Below are positions 8,363 through 19,451 of a stretch of 64,000 nt of DNA, in pieces. Below the pieces are notes generated by a model, which worked only from the letters and a program-made list of their open reading frames with translations, had not been told where the DNA came from and did no database searches. Location of the stretch: assembly GCA_963665665.1 (NCBI GenBank), contig OY762428.1:2080001-2144000 (forward strand), in the 5' to 3' direction. This DNA comes from Candidatus Kapaibacterium sp. (GTDB lineage Bacteria; Bacteroidota; Ignavibacteria; Kapaibacteriales; UBA2268). Numbering within the stretch: the first letter of the stretch is position 1; each line of letters opens with the position of its first letter. Both the position numbers and the translations under genes were made by a program.

Positions 8363-9410
8363 TAGTATAATTGGTACCAGACCAAATTTTATAAAACTTG
8401 CGCCACTGATTGATGAGTTGAAATACAATGATAATATTGATCATAAGATTATTCACACCGGGCAGCATTATGATTTGAATATGTCAGATGTTTTTTTTAA
8501 TCAGTTAAATATACCTAGGCCGGACTATAATCTTAAAGTTGGATCTAGTACTCTCACATCACAAACAGCCGATATTATGAAAGGCCTGGAAGATATATTA
8601 AGTGAAGATATGCCAGACTTAATTTTTTTAATTGGCGATGTTAATTCTACACTTGCTGCGGCTGTAACTGCTGCACAGATGAATATTAAAACAGCACATA
8701 TTGAAAGTGGACTCAGAAGCTATAATAAAACTATGCCTGAAGAGATCAATAGAATAGTCACTGATCATTTGTCGGATATTCTCTATGCTCCAACTGAAAC
8801 AGCTATGAAAAATCTTGCAAATGAGGGTTTAACAGAAAAGTCAATTTTTTCTGGTGATATTATGTATGATGCAATTTTGAGAAATTTGCCAATAGCTGAA
8901 AAAAATTCAAATATTATTGAAAAGCTCGGAATTATGCCAAAAGATTATTATCTGGTAACTCTTCATAGGCCGTATAATGTAGATAACAAGGATATTCTGA
9001 ATAATATATTTTATGCTCTTAAAGAGATAAATAAACCTTTTGTTTTTCCTGTTCATCCAAGAACAATGAAAAATATAAAAAAATTCGGGTTAGATATACC
9101 CAAAAACCTAATATTAACTGAACCTATTGGCTACTTAGATATGCTAATGCTTGAGAAAAATGCTAAAAAGATAATAACTGATTCAGGTGGAATACAAAAA
9201 GAAGCTTATTTTCAGAAAATTCCGTGTATTACTCTTCGTCCTGAAACAGAATGGGTTGAGACATTAATAAGTAATTGTAATATTCTGGTAAAAAACCGAG
9301 ATAGAATTGACATCCTTGAAGCTTTGAATTATGATCAGACTAATTGTCACTATGGAGATTATTTTGGTGATGGAAAAGCAAGTGAAACGATAATAAAAAA
9401 AATATCATGA
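8352..9410 (+). CDS. wecB: UDP-N-acetylglucosamine 2-epimerase
   Basis: GTRPNFIK, HTGQHYD, MPEEINR and TDSGGIQKEA motifs. Confidence 0.92.
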   Translation: MKISSIIGTRPNFIKLAPLIDELKYNDNIDHKIIHTGQHYDLNMSDVFFNQLNIPRPDYNLKVGSSTLTSQTADIMKGLEDILSEDMPDLIFLIGDVNSTLAAAVTAAQMNIKTAHIESGLRSYNKTMPEEINRIVTDHLSDILYAPTETAMKNLANEGLTEKSIFSGDIMYDAILRNLPIAEKNSNIIEKLGIMPKDYYLVTLHRPYNVDNKDILNNIFYALKEINKPFVFPVHPRTMKNIKKFGLDIPKNLILTEPIGYLDMLMLEKNAKKIITDSGGIQKEAYFQKIPCITLRPETEWVETLISNCNILVKNRDRIDILEALNYDQTNCHYGDYFGDGKASETIIKKIS

Positions 9411-10909
9411 ATGGTTCAAAAATAAAAGAAATCCTAAAACTAATTTTAGATTATAATATTTCAAATAATTTTGAAGGGTATGATAAATTTGATGGTGCTA
9501 ATAATATCTTTTCAGAAAAGATATTTAAAAAGTCAAAATTGATTAGATTTTTATTTCAGCAAATTATTAAAGAATCTCCTGTTAATTTGAGAAACTTACT
9601 ATTAATTGAAAAGAAGCAAAATATTAAAGGTAATGGATTGTTCGTAAATGCACTTGTTAAGTATTTCAATATTACTAAAGATGAATATTATCTAAATGAA
9701 GCTAAAAGATTACTCAAAAAGCAAATAACACTAGCTTCAAAAAATTTTGATACTTTAGCATGGGGTCATAATTTTACATGGCAAGGTTTAAATTTCACAC
9801 TTCCAAAATATTATCCTAATATCACAAATACTATTATAACAGCCGAAGCAATTTTAGAGTTATATAAAACAACAAAAGAAGGGGAATTTCTTGAGTATCT
9901 TGAATCGGTAAAGGATTCAATTTTTAATGTTTTTCCCCAAGTTTTTGAAGAAGAAGATAAATTAGCAATATCATATTTTCCGTTCAAAAGTTACCCAATA
10001 TGCATAAACATCCAGGCTTTTACGTCGGCTTTTTTAATAAAGTATCACTTGATTGATAATGATAAAAAAACAAAGGAATTTTCTGATAAATTAATGAATT
10101 TTGTAATTTATTCAATGAATGAAGAATTTTCCTGGTATTACAGTTGTCCCAAGAGTGACCATCCTTTAAAAAAAGATTTACCGGATAATTATCATACGGC
10201 CTTTATACTTGATAGTTTATTAGATTATTATAAAATTACAAAAAATGAAAAAATTTTAAAAATTTATACTAAATCTTTAGAGTTTTATCAAAACAATTTA
10301 TTTACAATTGAAAATGCTCCTAAATGGACAACAGAATCCAAGTATCCATATGACATTCACGGAGCTGCTAATTCAATAATTACTTTTTCCAAGGCTTCGG
10401 AAATTGATAAAAAGTATAGAGATAATGCAAAAACTTGTCACTATAAAAATACTTTATCAATGATGAAAATTTTAAAAGATAATCTAAATAATATTTTATT
10501 AAGACAATTCAAACCTCAAAAACAGATGGCCATCCAGCCTAGTTATTATCCCAAAAGGACTGCTGAAGATGGCTTAATATTTTGGAATAGAAGTACAAAA
10601 GAAATTTATAATTTAATTAGAGCTGTGACCAAACCTTTTCCCGGGGCATTTACTTTTTTAAATGACAAAAAAATTGAAATATGGGAAGCTCAACCATTTG
10701 ATACTCGTCTCTTCGATCCTTATATATTTCCTGGTACAATTTTACATGTTTTTGACAATGGAGATTTTATCGTAAAAACTGGAACTGATTCCTTGTTGGT
10801 TACAAATTATGAAGGTATTAAGAAGGATGACTTATTAAAATATAATATCTTAACACAAAATAATTGTTTTGAATATACAAATCCCTTTAACTATCCTGCA
10901 AATCTTTAA
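9407..10909 (+). CDS. Chimeric ORF: alpha/alpha-barrel polysaccharide-locus protein fused to a formyltransferase C-terminal part
   Basis: DNYHTAF and YPYDIH in the first part; KRTAEDGLIFW..IYNLIRAVTKPFPGAF (Formyl_trans_C) after about aa 340. Confidence 0.65.
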   Translation: MNGSKIKEILKLILDYNISNNFEGYDKFDGANNIFSEKIFKKSKLIRFLFQQIIKESPVNLRNLLLIEKKQNIKGNGLFVNALVKYFNITKDEYYLNEAKRLLKKQITLASKNFDTLAWGHNFTWQGLNFTLPKYYPNITNTIITAEAILELYKTTKEGEFLEYLESVKDSIFNVFPQVFEEEDKLAISYFPFKSYPICINIQAFTSAFLIKYHLIDNDKKTKEFSDKLMNFVIYSMNEEFSWYYSCPKSDHPLKKDLPDNYHTAFILDSLLDYYKITKNEKILKIYTKSLEFYQNNLFTIENAPKWTTESKYPYDIHGAANSIITFSKASEIDKKYRDNAKTCHYKNTLSMMKILKDNLNNILLRQFKPQKQMAIQPSYYPKRTAEDGLIFWNRSTKEIYNLIRAVTKPFPGAFTFLNDKKIEIWEAQPFDTRLFDPYIFPGTILHVFDNGDFIVKTGTDSLLVTNYEGIKKDDLLKYNILTQNNCFEYTNPFNYPANL

Positions 10910-10962
10910 TTTTTATCTTTCGATTATATTAAAATTGGAATTATTTTCAAAACAATTCCAGC

Positions 10963-11160
10963 AAGATAATTTCTGATTCTGGAGGATTTTATAAGGAAGC
11001 CTAATTTCAAAAAGTAATCTGTATTACTTGTATCAATGAGGCTGAATGGATTATAACTTTAAGAAATGATTTCAATCTATTGAAAAAGAAACTTCATAAA
11101 TTTGATAGAATAAAAGATTTAAAAATTCTTATTGAATTTTTTTTGTGATGTAAAAGTTAG
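10963..11160 (+). pseudogene. Decayed wecB 3' fragment
   Basis: Translates KIISDSGGFYKEA*FQKVICITCINEAEW versus KIITDSGGIQKEAYFQKIPCITLRPETEW in wecB. Confidence 0.75.
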
Positions 11161-11183
11161 TTAAAGGGTAGTGGAAGGAATAA

Positions 11184-12521
11184 ATGGGATTTAGGAAGAA
11201 TATTTTTATTATTACTCATAATCTTTATGATAAAAGATTTAACAAACTTTATGATTATTTTTTGGATAATCAGTGGCAATCTTATGAAGTATTGATGCAG
11301 CAACAAGAGGAACAATTAAATATAATTGCCCGATATGCATTTAATAATGTTGAATATTATCATAATCTATTTATCGATTATGGTATAAATGAAAAACATT
11401 TTGGATTTATAGACCTAAAAAAATTGCCCGTTTTAACAAAAGATATAATTAATAATAATTATGATAAGTTCATTCCGAAAAACTTAGATCAAATAAGACA
11501 TATTAATGGATCTACAGGTGGTACAACTGGAACTCCAATGAGATACAGAATATCAAAAGAGCATCGATTAAGAGCCGGAGTATTATTATATTGTGGCTGG
11601 AATATAGGAGGTTATGAATTATCTGATAGTATGGTAATGATGGGAGGTGCATCTATTGCTTCAAAGTCGAAAATTAAATTTGTTAATTTTTTAAATGAAA
11701 TTTCGAGAAACATAAAAAAGATATCTTCTTTTGATATGTCGGATTTAGAAATGGAAGAATATTTGAATGTAATTAATGATTTTAAACCAAAATTTATTAG
11801 AGGTTATCCTTCATCTATTTTCTTTTTTGCAAAATGGATAAGAAATAATAATAGAAAACATTGGAATCCAAAAGCTATTTTAACTACTTCTGAGAAACTA
11901 CATCCTGAAATGAGAAAAGTAATTTCGGAAGTATTTAATTGCTGTGTTTTCGATGGATATGGATTGAATGATGGAGGTGTTCAGGCTTTTGAATGTAATA
12001 ATCATAATGGTATGCATATAACAACAGAAAATGCAATAACGGAATTAAAAGGAGATAATGGAGAGTACCTTATTGAAGGTGAAGGCCAAATAATTGCAAC
12101 ATCTCTCTTCAATTATGCATTTCCTTTCTTCAGATATGACACAGGTGACAGAGCAATAATTTCAAATAAAAGATGTGCCTGTGGAAGGCAAACTAAATTA
12201 ATTGAAGAAATGGTTGGTAGATCTGTTGATGTATTTAAAACGCCTGCGGGAAAATATATTCATGGGTGGTTTTTTCTATACATTTTTTGGAAATATGATA
12301 ATGGTATAAACAAATATCAGGTAATTCAGAAATCATTAGATTTAATTCAGATAAAATTAGTAATCGGTAATTCTTTTAAACAAGAATTAATTAATGACAT
12401 AAAAAGAGTTGTATATGAACGAGCACCAGAATGGAAATTGCAGTTTGAATTTGTAAATGATATTGAACCCACAAAAAATGGAAAATTTAAATTTATTATC
12501 AATGAATGTGAAAATGGATAA
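11184..12521 (+). CDS. Phenylacetate-CoA ligase family (CapK-like) adenylating enzyme
   Basis: STGGTTGTP, GYPS and RYDTGD motifs. Confidence 0.85.
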   Translation: MGFRKNIFIITHNLYDKRFNKLYDYFLDNQWQSYEVLMQQQEEQLNIIARYAFNNVEYYHNLFIDYGINEKHFGFIDLKKLPVLTKDIINNNYDKFIPKNLDQIRHINGSTGGTTGTPMRYRISKEHRLRAGVLLYCGWNIGGYELSDSMVMMGGASIASKSKIKFVNFLNEISRNIKKISSFDMSDLEMEEYLNVINDFKPKFIRGYPSSIFFFAKWIRNNNRKHWNPKAILTTSEKLHPEMRKVISEVFNCCVFDGYGLNDGGVQAFECNNHNGMHITTENAITELKGDNGEYLIEGEGQIIATSLFNYAFPFFRYDTGDRAIISNKRCACGRQTKLIEEMVGRSVDVFKTPAGKYIHGWFFLYIFWKYDNGINKYQVIQKSLDLIQIKLVIGNSFKQELINDIKRVVYERAPEWKLQFEFVNDIEPTKNGKFKFIINECENG

Positions 12522-13587
12522 TAGAAAAATAAATTTTACTGCTGTTGGTGATATAATGTTCGGTGAAATGCCAGAGAATATTGGTTATGGTGTTAAATCA
12601 TATTTATCAAGAAAGGGATTTAATTCTGCTTTTAATGCAGTGAAGAAATATTTTATTGAATCTGATATAGTTCATGGAAATATTGAAGCTGTCCTTTCAG
12701 AAGTACCCAATTCTAAAAATATTGAAGAAATATCATTAATTGCCGACAAAAAGTCAATTGCTTCTTTAGAAGAGATAAAACTAACAATAGCTAATGTTGC
12801 AAATAATCATAGTTTAGATCATGGAGTTAGAAAATATTCTGAAAGTGTTGATAGATTAATTGAAAGTAATATCAATGTTATTGGAAGTCAATATAAAAAT
12901 TTGATATTTCAATTTATTAAAAAAGGCGGAATTAAATTTTTATTTATTGGTTTCTCATTAGCTGAAGATAAAAATCATAAAAAGGATTATTATTATAAAC
13001 CTGAAAATATTGATGAAATACTTGAAATTATTGCTAAATATAAAAATGATGTTAACCATATAATTGTTTCAGTCCATTGGGGCAAAGAACATGTTTCTTT
13101 ACCCTCGCCTGAACAAATAAATATTGGACATAAGTTAATTGATTCAGGTGCAAGTCTGATATTAGGGCATCATCCTCATTGTTATCAGGGAATTGAGGAA
13201 TATAAAAACGGAATTATCGTTTATAGCTTAGGGAATTTTGTTTTCGATATGTCATTTCCTAAAAGTAGAGAGTCAATAGTTTTTAAATGTGAATTTGATA
13301 GATATGGAATTATCAGCAAGACTATTATTCCGATAAAAATTGATAAAAATGGAATACCCCAAAAGCCTGATAATGATATGTTGCAACAAAAATTTAAAAT
13401 AATTGATACCGAAATATCAAATATTTTCGATTTAAGAGTATTGGAGAGTACTTTTAAAAAAGAATATAAAAAATCATATAATAATTTTAAATTACATGTT
13501 AAATTGAATTTTATAAGAAATATTTTTAGAATGAATCCAAGATTTTCATATCAGCTTTTTAAGAAATATTTATATAAATTGAAATGA
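12514..13587 (+). CDS. CapA/PGA_cap family metallophosphoesterase
   Basis: AVGDIM, ANNHSLD, HWGKE, GHHPH and YSLGNFVF motifs; start at the overlapping ATG 12514. Confidence 0.85.
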   Translation: MDNRKINFTAVGDIMFGEMPENIGYGVKSYLSRKGFNSAFNAVKKYFIESDIVHGNIEAVLSEVPNSKNIEEISLIADKKSIASLEEIKLTIANVANNHSLDHGVRKYSESVDRLIESNINVIGSQYKNLIFQFIKKGGIKFLFIGFSLAEDKNHKKDYYYKPENIDEILEIIAKYKNDVNHIIVSVHWGKEHVSLPSPEQINIGHKLIDSGASLILGHHPHCYQGIEEYKNGIIVYSLGNFVFDMSFPKSRESIVFKCEFDRYGIISKTIIPIKIDKNGIPQKPDNDMLQQKFKIIDTEISNIFDLRVLESTFKKEYKKSYNNFKLHVKLNFIRNIFRMNPRFSYQLFKKYLYKLK

Positions 13588-14660
13588 ATATATTAATTTT
13601 TGCAGGTCTTTCAGAAAAAAAATTATTATCAAAATTATCACCGATTATAAATAATAATCAAATTAATAAAATTTATATTATTCGTAAGTCGGCTTTATTT
13701 AACGAAAAGATAAATTGTATATCGCCGGGTTTAAAAATATTCAGGAATTCTTATCTTTTTGAAATTTATAGGATATTTGTTGCAATTTCCCTGATTCTAT
13801 TTAAAGATATAAATATTATAATGTCTATTCAAATGATGTATCATGGTATTATTGGCTTTTTATTGTCCAAGATATTTAATAAATATTTTATTTTCAATTT
13901 AGTTGAATCCTTTGATAAACTGAAAATGTCAAAATTTAAAAGTAATATTATTAAAAATTCAAATTTTTTAATTACCAGAGGTAGTACTGTTCAAAAAGAT
14001 TTGAATGATTTTTTTAACACAGAAATATGTTCCAAATATGTTCCAAATCATTATACTTTTTTTGATGATAACTATAATTTATTTAAAGATCAGTCAATAA
14101 TTTATTGTGGTACATTTACAGAATCTAAAAGACTTGATATTTTAACAGAGGCATTATTTCAATTAAAAACAAATTATAAAGTAAAATATTTTATTGTTAA
14201 AATGTATGGTGATGGTCCGTTAAAAAATAAGATCATTGATAAAATTGACAAGTTGGGATTAAATGATAATATCAAAATATTTGGCTTTACGAATAATATT
14301 GAAAAAATTATTTCGGAATCAAGAATTGCGATTATGACCTCAGAATTTGAAGGCCAACCAATGTTTGCTATTGAAAGTTTAGGTTTAGGAATCCCATGTA
14401 TTATGCCAAATATATCGAACATACCTGAAGTTGCCATACATAATTATAATTCTTTGCTTGTAGAGCCACTTGATGTAGAAGGTTTTGCAGATGCAATTTA
14501 TCAATTGATGACTGATGATGAATTATATAAAAGATTAAAAAAAGGCGCTGAGAATTTCAGAAAAGAACATGAATATGAGTACTCGATGGAAAATATTACG
14601 AATATATGGAATGAAATATTAATAAAAATTGAAACTGATAAAAGAGTAAAACAATTATGA
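13584..14660 (+). CDS. Glycosyltransferase family 4
   Basis: SEFEGQPMFAIESLGLG EX7E motif. Confidence 0.85.
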   Translation: MNILIFAGLSEKKLLSKLSPIINNNQINKIYIIRKSALFNEKINCISPGLKIFRNSYLFEIYRIFVAISLILFKDINIIMSIQMMYHGIIGFLLSKIFNKYFIFNLVESFDKLKMSKFKSNIIKNSNFLITRGSTVQKDLNDFFNTEICSKYVPNHYTFFDDNYNLFKDQSIIYCGTFTESKRLDILTEALFQLKTNYKVKYFIVKMYGDGPLKNKIIDKIDKLGLNDNIKIFGFTNNIEKIISESRIAIMTSEFEGQPMFAIESLGLGIPCIMPNISNIPEVAIHNYNSLLVEPLDVEGFADAIYQLMTDDELYKRLKKGAENFRKEHEYEYSMENITNIWNEILIKIETDKRVKQL

Positions 14661-15598
14661 TAAGCAGCTCAACCTTTTTAGTAACCGGTGGTGCCGGTTT
14701 TATAGGTTCCAATATTGTAAAAAGATTATTGGATGAAGGTAATGAAGTCAGGGTACTGGATAATTTTGCAACCGGTAAAAGGGAGAATCTCGAACCTTTC
14801 AGGAATAATCCGAAATTCACATTATATGAAGGTGATTTCAGAAGTTTTCATATTGTTCGGGATGCTGTTAAAGGTGTGGAATTTGTTCTGCATCAGGGGG
14901 CTCTCCCGTCTGTTCCTCGTTCAATAAATGATCCGATAACATCTAACGATGTAAATATTCTCGGAACTTTGAATATTCTTGAAGCTGCAAAGGAATTTGG
15001 AGTTAAGAGAGTTATTTATGCATCCTCATCCTCAATTTATGGGAATTCCGAAACATTGCCAAAGATAGAGAATATGCCGGTCAATCCTTTATCTCCGTAT
15101 GCAGTAACAAAATATACATCCGAAAGATATTGCCAGACTTATTTCTGGCTTTACGGCCTTGAAACGGTTGCTTTAAGATATTTTAATGTATTCGGCCCCA
15201 ATCAGGATCCAACATCACAGTATAGCGCTGTAATTCCGAAATTCATTAAAGCTATTTTAAATGATAAGCAGCCTGTTATTTATGGAGACGGCCTGCAATC
15301 CCGTGATTTTACTTATGTAGAGAACAATATTAATGCAAACCTTCTTGCCTGTTTATCAGAAAAAGCTCCCGGGAATGTTTATAATGTAGGGTGTGGTGAA
15401 AGATTTACTTTGATAGACCTGGTAAAATCTCTAAATCAGATTATTGGGAAAAACATTGAGCCGATATATGAAAAAGACAGAGCCGGAGATGTAAAACATT
15501 CCCTTGCAAGTATTGAAAAGATCAAAACTGATATTGATTATAAGGTATTAGTTGATTTCAAAGATGGATTAGAAAAAACAATTGAGTTCTATAAATAG
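14657..15598 (+). CDS. NAD-dependent UDP-hexosamine 4-epimerase (WbpP-like)
   Basis: TGGAGFIG, PSVPRS, YAVTK and RYFNVFGP motifs. Confidence 0.9.
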   Translation: MISSSTFLVTGGAGFIGSNIVKRLLDEGNEVRVLDNFATGKRENLEPFRNNPKFTLYEGDFRSFHIVRDAVKGVEFVLHQGALPSVPRSINDPITSNDVNILGTLNILEAAKEFGVKRVIYASSSSIYGNSETLPKIENMPVNPLSPYAVTKYTSERYCQTYFWLYGLETVALRYFNVFGPNQDPTSQYSAVIPKFIKAILNDKQPVIYGDGLQSRDFTYVENNINANLLACLSEKAPGNVYNVGCGERFTLIDLVKSLNQIIGKNIEPIYEKDRAGDVKHSLASIEKIKTDIDYKVLVDFKDGLEKTIEFYK

Positions 15599-17044
15599 AT
15601 GCTATTTAATTCAATAGAATTTGCAATATTTTTACCAATAGTGTTTTTTCTATATTGGTTTGTTTTTAATAAAAATTTAAAAACACAAAATGCTTTTGTT
15701 CTGATTGCAAGTTATTTTTTCTATGGTTGGTGGGACTGGCGTTTTCTTTCTCTTATTGCTATTAGTTCTTTTGTTGATTATTTTGTTGGAATTTATTTAT
15801 CGAAATCAGAAAATCCGAAACAAAGAAAATTACTTTTATTAACCAGTATTTTTTTTAATCTCGGTTTTCTAGGATTTTTTAAATATTTCAATTTTTTTGC
15901 ACAGAGTTTTGCCGATGCTTTTACATTGCTTGGAAATCCAATTCAAGCAAGTAGTTTGAATATTGTTTTGCCGGTTGGTATAAGTTTTTATACTTTTCAA
16001 ACACTTAGCTATTCAATAGATGTGTATAGAAAAAAATTAGAACCAACAAAAGATTTTATCGCTTTTTCTGCATTTGTGGGCTTTTTTCCACAACTTGTTG
16101 CAGGTCCAATCGAAAGAGCTAAGAATTTACTACCGCAGTTTTATCAAAAGAGAACTTTTAAATATGAAGAGGCCTCCGATGGTATGCGGCAAATTCTTTG
16201 GGGACTTTTCAAAAAAATTGTTATAGCCGATAATTGTGCTGTATATGCTAATGATATTTTTACAAACTATCAGGATTATTCCGGCAGCACTTTGGTTATT
16301 GGTGCTTTATTTTTTGCATTTCAGATATATGGAGATTTTTCAGGATATTCTGATATTGCAATCGGTACGGCAAAACTCTTTGGATTCAATTTGATGCGTA
16401 ACTTTGCTTATCCATATTTTTCAAGAGATATTGCAGAATTCTGGAGACGCTGGCATATTTCATTATCTACATGGTTTAGAGATTATGTTTATATACCTCT
16501 TGGTGGGAGCAAAGTTGGTACTTGGATGAAAATCAGAAATACATTTATTATATTTATTGTAAGTGGTTTCTGGCATGGGGCAAACTGGACATTCATAATC
16601 TGGGGAGTATTGAATGCGATTTATTTCTTGCCTTTATTGCTTATGAAACAGAATAGAAAAAACCTTGATATTGTCGCACAAAATAAAATATTACCTAGCA
16701 TTAAAGAGTTTTTACTTATATCAACTACTTTTTCTTTAACAACTTTTGCATGGATTTTCTTTAGGGCAGAATCCGTTTCAATGGCTATTGATTATATTGA
16801 TAATATATTTTCTGTTTCAATATTTTCAACTCCTTATTATGATAATTTTTTAATGAGTTTAATTGTTATTTTTCTTTTATTACTATTTATATTGGTTGAA
16901 TGGTTAAACAGAAAACATACATACGGATTAAAAATTGATTATATCAAAAATAAAAAAATTAGATGGTCATTATATTTTTTTGTGATTCTTTCAATAGCAA
17001 TATTTAGAGGTTCCCAGCAACAATTCATTTATTTCCAGTTTTGA
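15599..17044 (+). CDS. MBOAT O-acyltransferase (AlgI-like)
   Basis: PVGISFYTFQ, FWRRWHISL and SGFWHGA motifs. Confidence 0.92.
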   Translation: MLFNSIEFAIFLPIVFFLYWFVFNKNLKTQNAFVLIASYFFYGWWDWRFLSLIAISSFVDYFVGIYLSKSENPKQRKLLLLTSIFFNLGFLGFFKYFNFFAQSFADAFTLLGNPIQASSLNIVLPVGISFYTFQTLSYSIDVYRKKLEPTKDFIAFSAFVGFFPQLVAGPIERAKNLLPQFYQKRTFKYEEASDGMRQILWGLFKKIVIADNCAVYANDIFTNYQDYSGSTLVIGALFFAFQIYGDFSGYSDIAIGTAKLFGFNLMRNFAYPYFSRDIAEFWRRWHISLSTWFRDYVYIPLGGSKVGTWMKIRNTFIIFIVSGFWHGANWTFIIWGVLNAIYFLPLLLMKQNRKNLDIVAQNKILPSIKEFLLISTTFSLTTFAWIFFRAESVSMAIDYIDNIFSVSIFSTPYYDNFLMSLIVIFLLLLFILVEWLNRKHTYGLKIDYIKNKKIRWSLYFFVILSIAIFRGSQQQFIYFQF

Positions 17045-17045
17045 A

Positions 17046-17942
17046 ATGAAAAAGTTTTTGAGTAATATATTACAATTTTCAATTTTATCAATATTTGTTA
17101 CAATATTGTTAGTTTTAATATCAGTTTTCCTCAATAAGAAAACATTTAATTATAAAATTCAAAATTCTAAAAATATTTTAATTGTTGGTGACTCTCATTC
17201 AGAATGTGCAATTAATGATCAAATATTTGAGAAAGCTTTTAATTTTGCATCAAGTGGAACATCTCAGTTCTATAATTACATAAAAATCAAGAATATGATT
17301 AATTACAATAAGCAAATTGACACGATTATACTTGGTTTTTCATATAATGATATACTTAAAAATAGGGACTCATGGTTTTACGGGGCTGAAAAAATTAAAT
17401 TTAAATTGAGAGAGTATATCTTTCTAATGAGTTTTGGAGATTATCTGGAAATTTTGAAAGCTAATCCATATGATGTTATCATTAACACTCCAAGTGCAAT
17501 AATATTTAATACAATTGGTAATTTAAGAGGTCAAAGCAATTATGGAAAATATAGATATTTAAATAAAATTATAAAAAAAAATAAAAATGAAATAAAACCA
17601 TTAAAGTTTTTAAAAGATAATATTTCAATATATAATCTCTTTTATGTAAAAAAAATATATGATTTTTGTTTAAACAATGAAATAGAATTGTTTCTACTAA
17701 ATATTCCTATTAATGAATCAAAACAGACCATTTATAAGAATTACGTTAATAAATATGAGTATATTGCAAAAGATATTTTTTCAAAGGCCACATTATTAAA
17801 TCATAGTAATTTCAAATTAGCTGATTCATGTTTTGCAGATACTGAACATTTAAATTATAAAGGTGCTGAGATTTATAGCTTGTTTTTAAAAAATGGTGGA
17901 TTGAAAATTGAACGGCTTCCTTTAAAAAAAACAGCGATTTAA
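17046..17942 (+). CDS. SGNH-like protein coupled to MBOAT; C-terminus runs into the IS
   Basis: N-terminal TM segment, GDSH and DTEHLN motifs. Confidence 0.7.
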   Translation: MKKFLSNILQFSILSIFVTILLVLISVFLNKKTFNYKIQNSKNILIVGDSHSECAINDQIFEKAFNFASSGTSQFYNYIKIKNMINYNKQIDTIILGFSYNDILKNRDSWFYGAEKIKFKLREYIFLMSFGDYLEILKANPYDVIINTPSAIIFNTIGNLRGQSNYGKYRYLNKIIKKNKNEIKPLKFLKDNISIYNLFYVKKIYDFCLNNEIELFLLNIPINESKQTIYKNYVNKYEYIAKDIFSKATLLNHSNFKLADSCFADTEHLNYKGAEIYSLFLKNGGLKIERLPLKKTAI

Positions 17943-17985
17943 GGTGAAATAATCTTAACTTGCAAAAAATCAAAAGGAGCATCAA

Positions 17986-18273
17986 ATGGCAAACAAACGA
18001 AGAAATTACAGTTCAAAATTCAAAATGCAGGTAGCCCTGGAGGCAGTCCAAGAGAGAAAAACAATAACCGAGCTGGCATCGGAGTACGGGGTTCATCCAA
18101 ACCAGATAAGCATGTGGAAAAAGCATTTAAAAGAAAGTGAAAAGGAAGTATTTGAAAACAAGCGTGGGCCAGGGAAGAATAAAAAAGAAAAAGACGAATC
18201 AGTATTATATGAAGAAATAGGCCGGCTAAAAATTGAATTAGACTGGTTAAAAAAAAAATTGGGCCGTGAGTAA
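17986..18273 (+). CDS. IS3 transposase OrfA
   Basis: FKMQVALEA..ELASEYGVHPNQISMWK HTH; WLKKK frameshift site. Confidence 0.9.
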   Translation: MANKRRNYSSKFKMQVALEAVQERKTITELASEYGVHPNQISMWKKHLKESEKEVFENKRGPGKNKKEKDESVLYEEIGRLKIELDWLKKKLGRE

Positions 18274-19111
18274 AGAAGAACGCAGGAAGATGGTAGATGC
18301 TGATAATAAAGAAATTAGCATAAGCCGGCAGTGCGAGCTTTTGGGTATTAGCAGGAGCTGTTATTATTACAAACCCAAGGGTGAAAGTGAAGCAAATATT
18401 CTATATATGAAGCTGATCAAAGAACAATTCGCGATTACTCCATTTTATGGAGCCAGAAAAATGACAGCACACTTACGTTCTTTGGGATACCATGTTAACT
18501 ATAAACGAATCAGGCGATTAATGAAATTATTGGGACTTCGGGCAATATATCCCCAACCGGACACGAGCAAACCGAACAAGGAGCACAAAATTTATCCATA
18601 CCTGTTGAGGGATATGAAAATAAGTCGTCCGGATCAGGTTTGGAGCCTGGATATAACATATATTCCGATGCGTAAAGGATTTATGTATCTTATAGCAATT
18701 ATAGATGTTTATAGCAGGTATATCGTCGACTGGGAATTATCGAATAACCTTGAGAAGGAGTTCTGCATAGATACAATAAAAAGGTCTTTGAAAACCAGGA
18801 AACCGGAAATAACAAACACGGATCAGGGCAGTCAGTTCACGAGCAATGATTTTGTGAAAACGATTCTGGATGCTGATGTTAAGGTAAGCATGGACGGCAA
18901 GGGCCGCGCCTTGGACAATGTTTACATAGAACGCTTCTGGCGGAGCTTTAAATACGAAGACCTGTATCTGAAGTCTTACGAAGACGGAAAAGAGCTCTAT
19001 GGCGGTATAAAGGCTTATGTCGATTGGTATAACAACACGAGGCCGCACGCAGGAATTGAATACCAGATTCCGGCTGAAAAATATATGAACGAACAGCGGT
19101 TCGTTAATTGA
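18266..19111 (+). CDS. IS3 transposase OrfB (DDE integrase core)
   Basis: WSLDITY, TDQGSQF and DNVYIERFWRS motifs. Confidence 0.92.
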   Translation: MSKEERRKMVDADNKEISISRQCELLGISRSCYYYKPKGESEANILYMKLIKEQFAITPFYGARKMTAHLRSLGYHVNYKRIRRLMKLLGLRAIYPQPDTSKPNKEHKIYPYLLRDMKISRPDQVWSLDITYIPMRKGFMYLIAIIDVYSRYIVDWELSNNLEKEFCIDTIKRSLKTRKPEITNTDQGSQFTSNDFVKTILDADVKVSMDGKGRALDNVYIERFWRSFKYEDLYLKSYEDGKELYGGIKAYVDWYNNTRPHAGIEYQIPAEKYMNEQRFVN

Positions 19112-19451
19112 AAACTTTGTTGGAAAAGTGAAAAAATGCAATCCGGTAAGCAATTGATAAAAAAAGAAATAGAAAGGAGAGTGAAAGTTATCCACAATTT
19201 CCAGGTTGTTAACAAAAAGAAAAAAAAGTAGCAAAAAAAAGAAAAATTAATATTATTACATATTTTTTTCTTATTTTATTAGAGAAGAAGTATAGATTAA
19301 TAAACACCATAAACTATACTTTTATTTGTCTAAGCAATAGGGAGCATTTCATTTGACAATTTGTAATATTTTCAATGTTGAAAATAATGTTTCGTTAACA
19401 ATTTACAAACAAAAGGTGATTTATTCCATTAAAGATAAAAACCTCTTAACT

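Larger units (their letters stand above)
17909..19351 (+). mobile_element. IS3-family insertion sequence
   Basis: orfA/orfB; imperfect terminal IRs TGAACGGCTTCCT and AGGGAGCATTTCA; A10 slippery run at 18249-18258. No clean target duplication seen. Confidence 0.8.
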
